Shown here: in pieces, positions 16,993 through 27,248 of the stretch
Numbering within the stretch: position 1 is the stretch's first letter
How the letters are laid out: the number at the start of each line of letters is the position of its first letter
Position numbers and translations under genes: made by a program
Assembly: GCA_965648915.1 (NCBI GenBank)
Contig: CBFGIV010000021.1
Coordinates: 1 to 38,857, forward strand
From: a candidate division WOR-3 bacterium
GTDB lineage: Bacteria > Hydrothermota > Tepidihabitantia > SM23-42 > CAYGYG01
DNA: 38,857 nucleotides
Direction of reading: 5' to 3'
The notes under the pieces: model-generated
What the model was told of the DNA's origin: nothing
What the model saw: the letters and a program-made list of their open reading frames with translations, nothing else
Databases searched by the model: none

Positions 16993-18228
16993 TCAGCGGG
17001 CAATCACGACGCGCGTCGTATATACCGCATCACCGATCGTTAAATGAAGGAGATATACTCCCGCCGAAAGATCATTTTTGATATTCCAGGTAAATCGATG
17101 CGCACCAGCATCTTCATAGCGGTTGAGCAGAGTGGTAATCAGTCGTCCATCCGTTGAATAAATTTTAAGTTCAACCGGGGAACGATTGACCAGTGTATAG
17201 GAAATTACTGCCCGGTCCATTACCGGATTGGGCGTAACCCGGAAGTCACTCGTCACCAGGTCTTTTGCTTCTCCGGTCTCAATCTCAACCGTAGCATTCT
17301 CATAGAGTTGGACATAGCCATCATAACCACTGATCAACATATCGAGGTCACCATCACCGCGCCAGTCGACAAAATTGATCCGCGAACCATAATAAGCATC
17401 GATTATTGTTCCATCAACTGTTCGGAGTGTCTCCCGGGCAGCAGTAAAGACAGGATTGGCATTAGTTCCGACATTCTTATAGAAATAGACACAACCATCA
17501 TCATTGCCGATAACCAGGTCTTTTAATCCATCCCGGTCAAGATCATATACGGTGGGATTGGCTCGATAGATATAAAGTTGACTTCCGCCGGCATATATTA
17601 CCGAATAGTTTCCAAAACGGGGTGAAGCATTGGTACCGTTATTTAAGTAGACACGAATATTACCGGTATTGGGAGAAACATACGACTGTTCACCCACGAT
17701 CAGATCTTTTTTGCCATCCTCATTCCAGTCGTTGATAAATGGGTAACTGTTGTAATTGACCATTATATCAACCAGGACACCTCCACTGTCTCGTTTGATA
17801 TGCGTCCCGGCAGCAAGGCCTGAACCGGTTTCAAGGAAGAGGGTAAGATAACCGGTCCGATCGCCCGCCACTAAATCACGACGACCATCCTCATTCCAGT
17901 CGCAGACTGCGACCGTTGCTCCCTGGCATCAGCCATAGGGCAACTGGATCTCGACCCCACCGGCGGTCAGGAAAACCGAATCGCCAAAGACTGGATTATT
18001 ATTTGTGCCGATATTTCTGTAATAACGAATCTTGCCATAGTAGAACTGTCCCACGAGCAGATCCTTCTTACCGTCGCCATCCCAATCGTAAACAAAGGGC
18101 GAACCATAATATTCAACATCTATGTTCTTTCCATTAGACTGAATATAGACCGGGTTGAGGAAACGAGGCGCCGCTGAGTAGACCAGAACAAAACCCAGCA
18201 TCAACAGGAGCGTTGTCGATTTCTGCAT
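16993..18228 (-). CDS. Secreted FG-GAP/VCBS-repeat protein with T9SS-type C-terminal domain; predicted selenoprotein (U100-C101), 411 aa
   Basis: The 99-aa and 292-aa ORFs are in frame across a single TGA (17929-17931): ..QLPYG-U-CQGATVAVCDWNEDGRRDL.. The DWxxDGxxDL repeats continue across it. Signal peptide only on the upstream part, PNP..SAGVYLL CTD only on the downstream part. Confidence 0.85.
17897..17915 (-). promoter_or_regulatory. SECIS-like hairpin of the FG-GAP gene
   Basis: CGGTCGCA-GTC-TGCGACTG (8 bp, one GU), loop G at +25 from the UGA. Confidence 0.78.
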
Positions 18229-18378
18229 AAAACCTCCTTATCAAATTACAACAGTTTAGCCGTTATAATAAAATTGTCAATACCAAAATACAACTTTAGC
18301 AAAACAAATTTTTTGGCCGCATCAAGGAGAAAGGTAAACAGACCCTATAATCCCCACGCCCTGATAATATCCAAAGAA

Positions 18379-19473
18379 CTACTCAAGGGGCTTGAAATCA
18401 CCGTCTTTAACAACCCAGAAGATATAGGGCGCCACAAGGACATCACCCTTCTGGTCGAATTGAATCCTACCCATTGCACCTTCATAGGCTAAACTGTGAA
18501 TCGCCTCAGCGATCTTTGCTCCCTCAGTTGTTCCAGCATTACTGATGCCCTGAAGGATGATGTTGGCTGCATCATAGGCATATACCGAATATGGTCCTGG
18601 GTCACCGAAACGGGCACGGTAAGAATCGAGAAAATGTTTGGCTTCGGGTTGATCTTCAACCGATGGACTGAAAGAAATATAGGATCCTTCAGTGGCCTCA
18701 CCTCCAATTTCGAGGAATTTTTTATCAAAGACTGCGTCACCAGAGACAAAAGGTATGTTCATCCCGAGCTGCCGCATCTGTTTTACAATCAGTCCGGCTT
18801 CGGGATAGACTCCACCAAAATATATGAGTTGAGGATTTTCCTGCTTGATCTTGGTCAATACCGCGGTGAAGTCATTATCCCCTTGAAGAATACCTTCATA
18901 GGCAACAACCTTTGCATTTTTATCAATCTTAATATTACGCACAAATTCGTCCGCCAGCCCCTGGCCATAAGTGGTTTTATCATGAATCACCGCAACCCTG
19001 CTTTTCTTCAGTTTTTCAAGAACAAATTTTGCTCCAACCGCACCCTGCTGGTCATCCCGACCACAGACCCGGAAGACATTTTGATAACCCTGTTCGGTCA
19101 ACTGGGGATTGGTCGATGATGGTGTAATCTGGATGACATTGAACTCATGATATATCTGGGATGCGGGTATAGAACAACTTGAATTTAAATGGCCAACGAC
19201 ACCAACGACCCGTTCATTGACCAGTTTATTGGCTACGCTGACCGCCTCTTTGGGGTCGTGGCGATCGTCAACCTGAATGACCTTTATTTTTTTACCCAAG
19301 ACCCCACCTTTGCTGTTCCACTCTTCGACAGCAAGGAGAGTCCCCTGATAGATGTCCATACCCATCTTGGCCTGGTCGCCAGTCATTGGTCCAGCAACAC
19401 CAATCTTTATAACCTTTTCACTTCCACAGAAAAGAAAAAGTATTGAGATTAAACAAAAAGATATCTTCTTCAT
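18379..19473 (-). CDS. Branched-chain amino acid ABC substrate-binding lipoprotein (LivJ/K-like)
   Basis: Lipobox LFCG. IKIGVAGPMTG, GHLNSS, FRVCGRDDQQG and YGQGLAD motifs. Confidence 0.9.
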   Translation of the reverse strand: MKKISFCLISILFLFCGSEKVIKIGVAGPMTGDQAKMGMDIYQGTLLAVEEWNSKGGVLGKKIKVIQVDDRHDPKEAVSVANKLVNERVVGVVGHLNSSCSIPASQIYHEFNVIQITPSSTNPQLTEQGYQNVFRVCGRDDQQGAVGAKFVLEKLKKSRVAVIHDKTTYGQGLADEFVRNIKIDKNAKVVAYEGILQGDNDFTAVLTKIKQENPQLIYFGGVYPEAGLIVKQMRQLGMNIPFVSGDAVFDKKFLEIGGEATEGSYISFSPSVEDQPEAKHFLDSYRARFGDPGPYSVYAYDAANIILQGISNAGTTEGAKIAEAIHSLAYEGAMGRIQFDQKGDVLVAPYIFWVVKDGDFKPLE

Positions 19474-19491
19474 CTTACCTCCTGAGACTTG

Positions 19492-19722
19492 TTATCGACT
19501 TTTAATAATCGATTCAATCTTCTTTTCCAGTTCATCAATTCTTGCCCTTAATGTCTCTTTTTCCTTTTTATTCATCTTAATCCTGATTCGGATAAGAATG
19601 TAAGAGAGTAATAACAACTGGATGATGAGTGAAATAATTGTCAGGATGGATAATTTAAAAAACACAGAGATAAGACTCAGTAAAGTCAGGACTAAAACAA
19701 TAATTACATATAGTGCCATCAT
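19492..19722 (-). CDS. Small membrane protein (2 TM + coiled coil)
   Basis: GAGGT SD, hydrophobic N-half, charged heptad-like C-terminus. Confidence 0.6.
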   Translation of the reverse strand: MMALYVIIVLVLTLLSLISVFFKLSILTIISLIIQLLLLSYILIRIRIKMNKKEKETLRARIDELEKKIESIIKSR

Positions 19723-19833
19723 ACCTCACTTGTCAGATTAATAAATCCAGAAGGTTTAATTCAACTATCTTATTATTTTAGCCAAAAAAGACCATTTGTA
19801 AATATGAAACTAAAGAAAGATAAACAGTTCGAC

Positions 19834-20862
19834 TTAAAAGATGCGGCGGCGTCTGAATAGGTAATAAACCGGACCAAGAAGGACAAGCCAGAGAAGGCCA
19901 TTACCTGCATGGTAATATTCATAAATTATTTGATCGATAATCTCTCGGTATTCTCCATCATCGTCTGCCGGGATAAGATAGATGTCCTCATTTATCTCCG
20001 AAGGGCTGCCGTATCTTCTCTCAAGTTTAGTGATAAAATTGCCAACAGCGAGAGATTGGGCTAATTTATTAAAATCCCTTTTAATCTCCTGATATTCCTC
20101 ATCCGAAATACGATTGGCATATTTAAGATTTGATTTGCTGAAGAACATCTTCTGGTTAGCGATGACAGTGATGTAGATTGGGACCCGCTGGTCATAAGTG
20201 GTATCATAACCAAACATATCAGTACGGGTGATCTGCGCCGGCAATACAGGATCAGCCGAGGAAAAGATGAGATTAATGCCACAGGCCTGGAAGGGCATTC
20301 CGGAATCGGTCTTTACCGCCACAAAATACTTCCATCCCTTATCAATATATTCCTGGAAATAGAGATTTAAATCCGGCGTTGCAAGATAACCTTTGCTCGT
20401 AATCCAGTTGCTCAAAGATTCGGGTTGATCAGTATGGATTAAATAAGTTGCCAGTACATTTGTCATCGGGGCTGAGAGCAGTTCATAATAGTCAAGACTG
20501 TAATAGTCGGTGTGTTCAAAAAAATCGGTTGCGACATGACCAATACAGCCACCCATGCGTCTCATTCCAACTCGTACCGGTGCGGTCAGTCGGGACATAT
20601 CTTTTAAGAGATCTAAATTCACCGGAAGAATCGATGGGTCGTTTGGGACCGGGATAATCCAGAGACTGCTCCGGTAGGGATTGAGTTTGGCCTTACAGAA
20701 GATGGTCAGTTCCTCGATTCCGTAAAAATGTCTTATAAGGACACTCTGACCTCCCCAGGGAGTCTGATATTTAACCGGTGTGGTTATCAGACCATTGGCA
20801 GAGGAGATGATGCCGGAGATGGATAAAGACAGGAAAAGAGCGGACTTAAATTTCATAGACAT
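19834..20862 (-). CDS. Exported protein with C-terminal membrane anchor, DUF2330-like
   Basis: Signal peptide, WIIPVP, LSNWITSKGY..YIDKGWKYFVAVK, C-terminal TM followed by RRRR. Confidence 0.6.
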   Translation of the reverse strand: MSMKFKSALFLSLSISGIISSANGLITTPVKYQTPWGGQSVLIRHFYGIEELTIFCKAKLNPYRSSLWIIPVPNDPSILPVNLDLLKDMSRLTAPVRVGMRRMGGCIGHVATDFFEHTDYYSLDYYELLSAPMTNVLATYLIHTDQPESLSNWITSKGYLATPDLNLYFQEYIDKGWKYFVAVKTDSGMPFQACGINLIFSSADPVLPAQITRTDMFGYDTTYDQRVPIYITVIANQKMFFSKSNLKYANRISDEEYQEIKRDFNKLAQSLAVGNFITKLERRYGSPSEINEDIYLIPADDDGEYREIIDQIIYEYYHAGNGLLWLVLLGPVYYLFRRRRIF

Positions 20863-21419
20863 AAGACCAGACTGAAAACAATGCCGGTTAGTGAGCTCCG
20901 TCGGGATAGGTCATAATTAGTATACGACCTTTGCTGTTCTGGATTATACCCCAGGGGAATATAATTAATCCTAAACTCGCAACCCAATTTATAGTGGGAA
21001 ATTTTCTTATAGATATCCCAGGCCATAGAGACGCCAGGAGATCTTTTGATAAGCATCTGCTGTTTAACGATAGCACTCTCTTTGATCACCGGACGGTCGA
21101 TCCCGCCCAGGTAATAACCGAGACTGGCTTTGGCAGTAAATATCTTAATAAAACGCCAGCGCACAAGACCGCCGATACCTATACAAGCGATGGTCGCATC
21201 ACACCCGGATGCTTGAAAATATTTGTTCGAATAAGGGTCAATTTGTTTATAATAAATTTCGCCTGAAAATCCGAAACTGCAGTCCTTACGGCTCAAATAG
21301 ATAACCGTTTCACAGGTATAGATGGGATCAAATTCTTTATGCCCGGCAATATACTGTGAATATAATAGACCGGCCTTTATTTCCGGTTCAATGGCTGTGA
21401 AGAGAAAGATCAAAAACAT
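20853..21419 (-). CDS. Hypothetical protein, possible small outer-membrane beta-barrel
   Basis: Alternating aromatic/Gly strands. In operon with the TonB receptor. Confidence 0.5.
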   Translation of the reverse strand: MFLIFLFTAIEPEIKAGLLYSQYIAGHKEFDPIYTCETVIYLSRKDCSFGFSGEIYYKQIDPYSNKYFQASGCDATIACIGIGGLVRWRFIKIFTAKASLGYYLGGIDRPVIKESAIVKQQMLIKRSPGVSMAWDIYKKISHYKLGCEFRINYIPLGYNPEQQRSYTNYDLSRRSSLTGIVFSLVLCL

Positions 21420-21434
21420 CGATCGGGCAGCAAC

Positions 21435-21905
21435 TTAAGGGAGCAAAAGGTGCCATTTATCTCCGGGCTGGAAACGGAGCCTGAACCATCTGGGTGCTGA
21501 CCAATCGGTCGAACCGTTTCGCCAGGCACTGCTTACTGCTCGGATTCGGAAATAGAATCTTTGTTCAAAAATGTGGGGGGGCATCAGGATTACTACAGGT
21601 GAACTATCAGCCTCGGTCAAGATCTTGAAAGGATTGTCCCGGGTTGAATTAAAGAGTGATGTGGTGTCGATATCGAGTTCATAAGATTCAGCACTTGGAA
21701 CCGGAGTCCAGCGGAAGGTCACACTTGCCCGCGGCGTTGCATACCAGATGGTCGTCTCAGGCAGGGGCTCAATCGGCTGGGGTGGAGCCGGGGCCTCTGG
21801 TCTGTCTTCTCCACCAGGGATGTATTCCCAGGGCCATTTACACTGGCTTGTCAGAGATAGAAAGAGAACTGCAATTAGAAATGACTTTATTGAAATTTGC
21901 TTCAT
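21435..21905 (-). CDS. Putative lipoprotein with fibronectin-III-like domain
   Basis: Signal ending TSQC. FRWTPV..YELDID..FYFRIRAV..WS pattern. Confidence 0.6.
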   Translation of the reverse strand: MKQISIKSFLIAVLFLSLTSQCKWPWEYIPGGEDRPEAPAPPQPIEPLPETTIWYATPRASVTFRWTPVPSAESYELDIDTTSLFNSTRDNPFKILTEADSSPVVILMPPHIFEQRFYFRIRAVSSAWRNGSTDWSAPRWFRLRFQPGDKWHLLLP

Positions 21906-21921
21906 TGTGGGGACTCCAAAT

Positions 21922-24459
21922 TTAAAAATCGACCGAGAAACCTATCCGGAACCTTATCGGCGGAGAAAAGCAGTTTGTATAATCCTCTGACTCATCATTA
22001 ATCGCCTTAAAACACTCATAATATTCTCGCTCAGAGATAATTCCATCGTGATTTAAATCTGCCGCCGGATGATAGACCGAACTGAAGATGGGATATGAGA
22101 CCCTGAAGTATTGAGGCTGGATCTCGTAATCCGCATAAGTTTTGACAAGCGGGGCGATCTGATTCTGAACCTGGAGGAGGTTGATGATCTCGAGGTTGGC
22201 ATTTAATAACAATCGGCCAATATTGAATGGCCGGGAAAAGAGACAATCGATCTGTTTCTGAAAGGGAAGACGTAATATGTTACGTTCCTCTAATTTACCT
22301 TCTGGGCCTGGTGGAGTATAAGGGAACCCTTGCCCAAGGTAGCCGAAGACCCACATCCTGATTTCTAACGGCAGATTAGCCAATCCCTGGATAAAGATGC
22401 GATGGCGTTGATCAAAGTCTAAATAATAATCGATTGCCGGTGGATTGATTATTGTATCCTGAGTTTCAGTGTAATAAAGGCTGTATATCTCCTCAGCATA
22501 AGAACTGGTGCCCTTGGCATAAGATAGGGTATAAGAGACCTTGCCCGAGAATATGCTGTACTTAAAATCAAAGATGGTCTCAAATCCTTTAATATTTGCC
22601 GATTCGATATTGAAATAAGTAACATAATTTTTGGGAGACGCAAGGACAAGCCTTGTGCCTAAGAGATCGGTTACATCTTTATAAAAGATATTCACCGTAA
22701 GAAAAGTATTCTCTCTCAATTGGCCCTGTAATCCTAATTCAAAACTCCTGGTCTTTTCAGGTTTAAGGCTTAAATTACCGATCGGGGGTGGGGCCATAAG
22801 ATAAGATCGGATAGGGATAAAATTTATACCCGCAAATAACTGGTCGTATAGGGGTGGCTGGGTATACTGCCCGATATTGGTTCGTAATAGAAATCGATCC
22901 GTAACCATATAAGAGAAACCGAAACGGGGTGAAAGAGAGACTTTGGTGGTAACGGTATCGATCCCGGTTCTGTAAGCATCCAGTCTTAAACCGATCTTGG
23001 CAAAGAGCCCTCTATAGTCGATATTGTCCTGAAGATATGCTGAATATTCACTCGGGTAATAGATATAATCATCGGTTAAGAAAGAGGTGTCGCTTATCGT
23101 AACTGTAGTATGATTTTTAAGTTTAAGCAGGGAATAGTCTAAACCACTTTTAAGTTCGTGGTATCTATGCACCTGGGCATCCATCACCAGATTACTTCTT
23201 AAAACCTGTGAAGATTTCTTTTCATATTCGGGATAATCACCTGTTCCGTAAAAATATTTATGGTTGATGCCATAGGGATTGTCTTTAGAAGGGAAAGGCC
23301 ATTTCAATGAATCGGCCGGCCTGAACATAAAACTATTAAGTAATTTAAATTCACTCTGACGAACACCATATTCACGTTCAGTATAGAAACGGCTGAGAGT
23401 AATACCGATCATGCTTTTAGAACCGGGGAGATAATTTAAGTTTATCGCCTCGACATCGCCATTCCTTATATCCGAACGATAGTGGTCGAGCCTGAATTTC
23501 CACTGACTATTGTAGCGATCAAACTTACTCTGAGATTTGGTACCGCTCACCGCAAATTTAAATTTACGCGATAGTCCGATGAGCCATTTCCCGTATAAGG
23601 CGTAGTCTTCACGTTCTTTATGGGGTAAGATGTAAAGTTTCGGATCCCAATCATTGGTTCGCATAAGGTCAAGTGAGAAATATCCTCGAGATTTCTCTGA
23701 TAACGGCAGATGGATGTTTGACTGATAATTTTCATAGCCGAAGTCAAACCAGAAAGGCATAATCCTCTCGGTCTTGGCTAAGGCTTTACCTGCAAATTTT
23801 TCTGAAGGGCGGGCAGTAACAACATTGATAACCCCGGACATTGCCCGTCCATATTCGACATCAAAACCTCCGGGGAGGAATATAACTTCATCAAGAACAC
23901 TTTTAGACATTATTATACCCAGATCGCCGGTTTGGGGATCGACGACCGGGACATTATCAATCATATATAATACTTCATTTGCTCTCCCACCCCGGACATG
24001 AATTGCAGTATCTAAACGGGCGACTGAGGGTTGAAAGGCGACCAGTCCAAATTCATAATCGACCGGGACGAGAAAGACCTCTTCTTTAGTAATATGAAAA
24101 GTTGGAGCGACCATCTCTTTCTTCACCGGTGGCGGCTTGCTACTTACGATTTCAGGCGTAAGTTCGATCGGCTGTTCAACGAGCGAAATATTGAGTCGAA
24201 CCACCTGGTCAACTTTAACAATTACATTCTCCACAATTTTTGCCTGATACCCAACAGATGAGACTTTAATGGTATAGCGACCGGGCTCGATATTGAGGAT
24301 AAAAAAGTTGCCCAATTCATCAGTTAACGCACCGTATTCAGTATTCAAAATTATTACACTGACATAGGGCAGGGGTTTGCCAGTTTGGGCATCCTTTACC
24401 ATACCCTGGATCTTACCATATAATCCAGAAATAACAAAGAGGGCAATCAAAAGATTCAT
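21922..24459 (-). CDS. TonB-dependent receptor with carboxypeptidase-regulatory-like N-domain
   Basis: GKIQGMVKDA, HVRGGRANE, GGFDVEYGRAMSGVINV plug motif, LKPEKT, C-terminal Phe. Confidence 0.92.
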   Translation of the reverse strand: MNLLIALFVISGLYGKIQGMVKDAQTGKPLPYVSVIILNTEYGALTDELGNFFILNIEPGRYTIKVSSVGYQAKIVENVIVKVDQVVRLNISLVEQPIELTPEIVSSKPPPVKKEMVAPTFHITKEEVFLVPVDYEFGLVAFQPSVARLDTAIHVRGGRANEVLYMIDNVPVVDPQTGDLGIIMSKSVLDEVIFLPGGFDVEYGRAMSGVINVVTARPSEKFAGKALAKTERIMPFWFDFGYENYQSNIHLPLSEKSRGYFSLDLMRTNDWDPKLYILPHKEREDYALYGKWLIGLSRKFKFAVSGTKSQSKFDRYNSQWKFRLDHYRSDIRNGDVEAINLNYLPGSKSMIGITLSRFYTEREYGVRQSEFKLLNSFMFRPADSLKWPFPSKDNPYGINHKYFYGTGDYPEYEKKSSQVLRSNLVMDAQVHRYHELKSGLDYSLLKLKNHTTVTISDTSFLTDDYIYYPSEYSAYLQDNIDYRGLFAKIGLRLDAYRTGIDTVTTKVSLSPRFGFSYMVTDRFLLRTNIGQYTQPPLYDQLFAGINFIPIRSYLMAPPPIGNLSLKPEKTRSFELGLQGQLRENTFLTVNIFYKDVTDLLGTRLVLASPKNYVTYFNIESANIKGFETIFDFKYSIFSGKVSYTLSYAKGTSSYAEEIYSLYYTETQDTIINPPAIDYYLDFDQRHRIFIQGLANLPLEIRMWVFGYLGQGFPYTPPGPEGKLEERNILRLPFQKQIDCLFSRPFNIGRLLLNANLEIINLLQVQNQIAPLVKTYADYEIQPQYFRVSYPIFSSVYHPAADLNHDGIISEREYYECFKAINDESEDYTNCFSPPIRFRIGFSVDF

Positions 24460-24701
24460 GCGCTATTCCACTTTCTTATTATATGTATCCCCTCTGGCAA
24501 GTCAATATTTTTTGTAGCGTTGCTCTCTGCTGGGGTATGAGTTGCAAGGGAGAAGAAGGCAAATTTATTCAACCACCACCTAATTACCATAATTGGGAAT
24601 AGCATTATTTATCCACTGAATCGGTTTTTTCAGGTTTTCTGGATTTTTGGTCTTGAGATATGAAACATTTCACCTAAGGCCTGAGCCGTTTTGCACACAA
24701 G

Positions 24702-26423
24702 TTAAAGTATTATATTGAGTAAAGCACCAACTCCGATTGCTGAGGCTATCATAATCGCAGTTGACTTTATCGTATCGACAATGCCCAGTTCTTTCAAAAG
24801 TACTGAAAATGTTGCAACACAGGGGAAATACATGGCAAGGACGACACTGACAATAATGAGTTGTTTTAAGTTCAGATTCAACGGAACAAGCATCCCAACG
24901 GCCACATCTTTTCTTAAGAAACCGATGATCAAGGCGGTTGCTGCTTCAGCCGGAAGGCCAAAGAGATTTCTGGTGATAGGGCTTACAAGAGCACTTAGAA
25001 ACTTGATGATGCCCAGGGAATATAAAATATTGACAATAAGAACTCCAAGCAAGACAAATGGAGTTGCTTCGACAATGAACCACTTTACACGCATCCAGAC
25101 TTTTTTAAATAAGGCAACAAGATACGGCAAACGATATGGAGGGATCTCGGTAAAGATTTCCGGACTTTCACCTTTAAAAATTAAATTCAGCAGAATGCCG
25201 CCTATTAACCAAGAGACTGCAAGTGTTGCAAATACCGGGAATAACCCCCTTGTGCCAAATTTACCTACTAATCCAAAAATCATTGCGGTAAGTGCCATAC
25301 AGGGGACGCAGATCGCCATAAGGGTGGCAGCGATAAATCGTTCTCTCTTTGTTTCAAGAATACGAATACTTAAAGTCCCCGGCACATTGCAACCCAACCC
25401 CAAAAACATCGGGATTATAGCCATACCATGGAGCCCAACCAGATGCATTAGTTTATCAAGGAGGACAGCAAGCCTTGGTAGATAGCCGGAATCTTCGAGA
25501 AAACTTAAAATTAAATAAAACGAAGCAACATAAGGCAGGACCTGAGCAAACTCGACATACAATCCGGTGGTTAAGATACCAAACGACTGACCGAAGTCAA
25601 TTTGACCCTGGATGAGCTCACCGATTAAGACGTTATGAATTATTCCCTGCGAACCTAAAAGGTGAGAAAGAGCCATCATTAATGGCTTCCATAAATTTTC
25701 AAATATTGGCTCAAATATATAACCGATTAGACTTTCCCCAATAAATCGGATTGTCTGGAAGACAAGAAGCATCGTTATGATTGCAATGGGGATACCGGTC
25801 CAGGGATGGATTGTCAGGTCACCGAGTCTTTCAAGAATTGTATGATGGCGATGTTTAATTATTTGAACCTTTGCAATGATCTGACCAATCTCGTGCCACC
25901 TTTCTTTATCTTCAAATTCATAAACCCCCTTCTTTGCCTCAGGAATTTTCCCGACCAGTTCTTTTATCCCTTCCCCGGTTATGGCTACCGTGGGGACCAC
26001 TGGCACCTTTAAAATCTCTTCCAGTTTTTCAACATCAATTGTGATGCCGATGTGTTTAGCCTCATCCCAGAGGTTCAAGGCAATAATTAGCGGGATATCT
26101 TTCTTTAACAGTTGCAGGGTGAGATTCAAATTTCGCTCTAAGTTTGTTGCATCAACAACATTTATCACTATGCTGTCCTTTTTTTCAATCGCCTGATTGA
26201 GTAATTCGACCGCCACCTTCTCAGCCGGCGAAGTTGGCTCAAGACTGTATGTCCCGGGGACATCAATAACCTCTAATCTTCCTTCGGCTGAGCCAATACA
26301 GCCTTTACAAAATTCAACGGTGGTGCCGGGATAATTTGAAGCGATGACATCAACCCCGGTTAGTCGGGAAAAGATTACACTCTTCCCAACATTGGGATTG
26401 CCCATTAATAAGATCCTGTTCAA
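24702..26423 (-). CDS. feoB: Ferrous iron transporter B
   Basis: GNPNVGKS, NYPGTTVE, DVPGTYSL, LEDSGYLPR, GLGCNVP and YFPCVAT. Confidence 0.96.
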   Translation of the reverse strand: MNRILLMGNPNVGKSVIFSRLTGVDVIASNYPGTTVEFCKGCIGSAEGRLEVIDVPGTYSLEPTSPAEKVAVELLNQAIEKKDSIVINVVDATNLERNLNLTLQLLKKDIPLIIALNLWDEAKHIGITIDVEKLEEILKVPVVPTVAITGEGIKELVGKIPEAKKGVYEFEDKERWHEIGQIIAKVQIIKHRHHTILERLGDLTIHPWTGIPIAIITMLLVFQTIRFIGESLIGYIFEPIFENLWKPLMMALSHLLGSQGIIHNVLIGELIQGQIDFGQSFGILTTGLYVEFAQVLPYVASFYLILSFLEDSGYLPRLAVLLDKLMHLVGLHGMAIIPMFLGLGCNVPGTLSIRILETKRERFIAATLMAICVPCMALTAMIFGLVGKFGTRGLFPVFATLAVSWLIGGILLNLIFKGESPEIFTEIPPYRLPYLVALFKKVWMRVKWFIVEATPFVLLGVLIVNILYSLGIIKFLSALVSPITRNLFGLPAEAATALIIGFLRKDVAVGMLVPLNLNLKQLIIVSVVLAMYFPCVATFSVLLKELGIVDTIKSTAIMIASAIGVGALLNIIL

Positions 26424-26659
26424 TTTTCCTCCGATTCGACCAGGATCCGACTCGCCATACCAAAGCCGAGGGCGACCCGAGTATTACCGACCTTGATGAT
26501 CACCGGACCACGCATAATCAGAGAACTTACCTTTGTGATCTTTACGCCCGGACGAATTCCTAATACTTCTAACTTCTTCTTCAAGCCCTGGCCACCATAA
26601 ATCTCAACTACCGTACCCTCAGATCCAGAGTCCATTTTGGTTAACTCAATCTTCTTCAT
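26420..26659 (-). CDS. feoA: Ferrous iron transport protein A
   Basis: LEVLGIRPG..GPVII..RVALG. ATG 26659 with GGAG SD, ATGA-coupled to fur. Confidence 0.92.
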   Translation of the reverse strand: MKKIELTKMDSGSEGTVVEIYGGQGLKKKLEVLGIRPGVKITKVSSLIMRGPVIIKVGNTRVALGFGMASRILVESEEN

Positions 26660-27117
26660 CTCGTTGTCTCCTTTTTGTTGCATCTTTGGCATAATCCGTA
26701 CAATTCTAATTTATGGAATTTTATGAGGAAGTTATGCTCGCCGGCAATAACTTCCTGGATTTTCTCAATTTCCTTGTGGGAGAATTCAATAATCTTACCA
26801 CACTTCAGGCAAATAAGATGATCATGATGCTGTGCTTTATGGACTGGTTCAAACCTTGTAACATCGGGCTTAAAATAGCGCACTTCAGCCAATCCGCAAT
26901 CGGTCAGAAGTTTTAACGCACGATAAACCGTGGAATAACTTATATGGGGGTTAATCTTTTTTATCTCATTATATAATTCTTCGGTACTAAAATGGCGATC
27001 TTTGTTTAAAAAATGCTGAATGATCAAGGAACGTTTCTTTGAAGTCTTAAGTTGTTTACTGGATTTATATCTATCCAGTTTGTCCAGTTCATATTGATTT
27101 ATGATTTTGATATTCAT
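26656..27117 (-). CDS. fur: Fur-family transcriptional regulator
   Basis: HFSTEELY, STVYRAL, HHDHLICLKCG and GLCQRC. Start placed at ATG 27117, 6 nt after the -10 box. Confidence 0.92.
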   Translation of the reverse strand: MNIKIINQYELDKLDRYKSSKQLKTSKKRSLIIQHFLNKDRHFSTEELYNEIKKINPHISYSTVYRALKLLTDCGLAEVRYFKPDVTRFEPVHKAQHHDHLICLKCGKIIEFSHKEIEKIQEVIAGEHNFLIKFHKLELYGLCQRCNKKETTR

Positions 27118-27123
27118 TTTCAT

Positions 27124-27187
27124 ATTATATCCAATTTTCTCTGTCTGTCAAGGCCCACATTGACAAGGGGTCGAATGTGGATATAAT
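27124..27187. promoter_or_regulatory. Back-to-back sigma70 promoters (fur-feoAB and alkaline phosphatase)
   Basis: Minus strand: TTGACA(27146-51)-16-TATAAT(27124-29). Plus strand: TTGACA(27160-65)-16-TATAAT(27182-87). Confidence 0.8.
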
Positions 27188-27248
27188 TACCAATAGACCT
27201 CTTTGAATTTTTATTCCGGTCATATAAAAAAATAGCAAAAAAGGAGAT

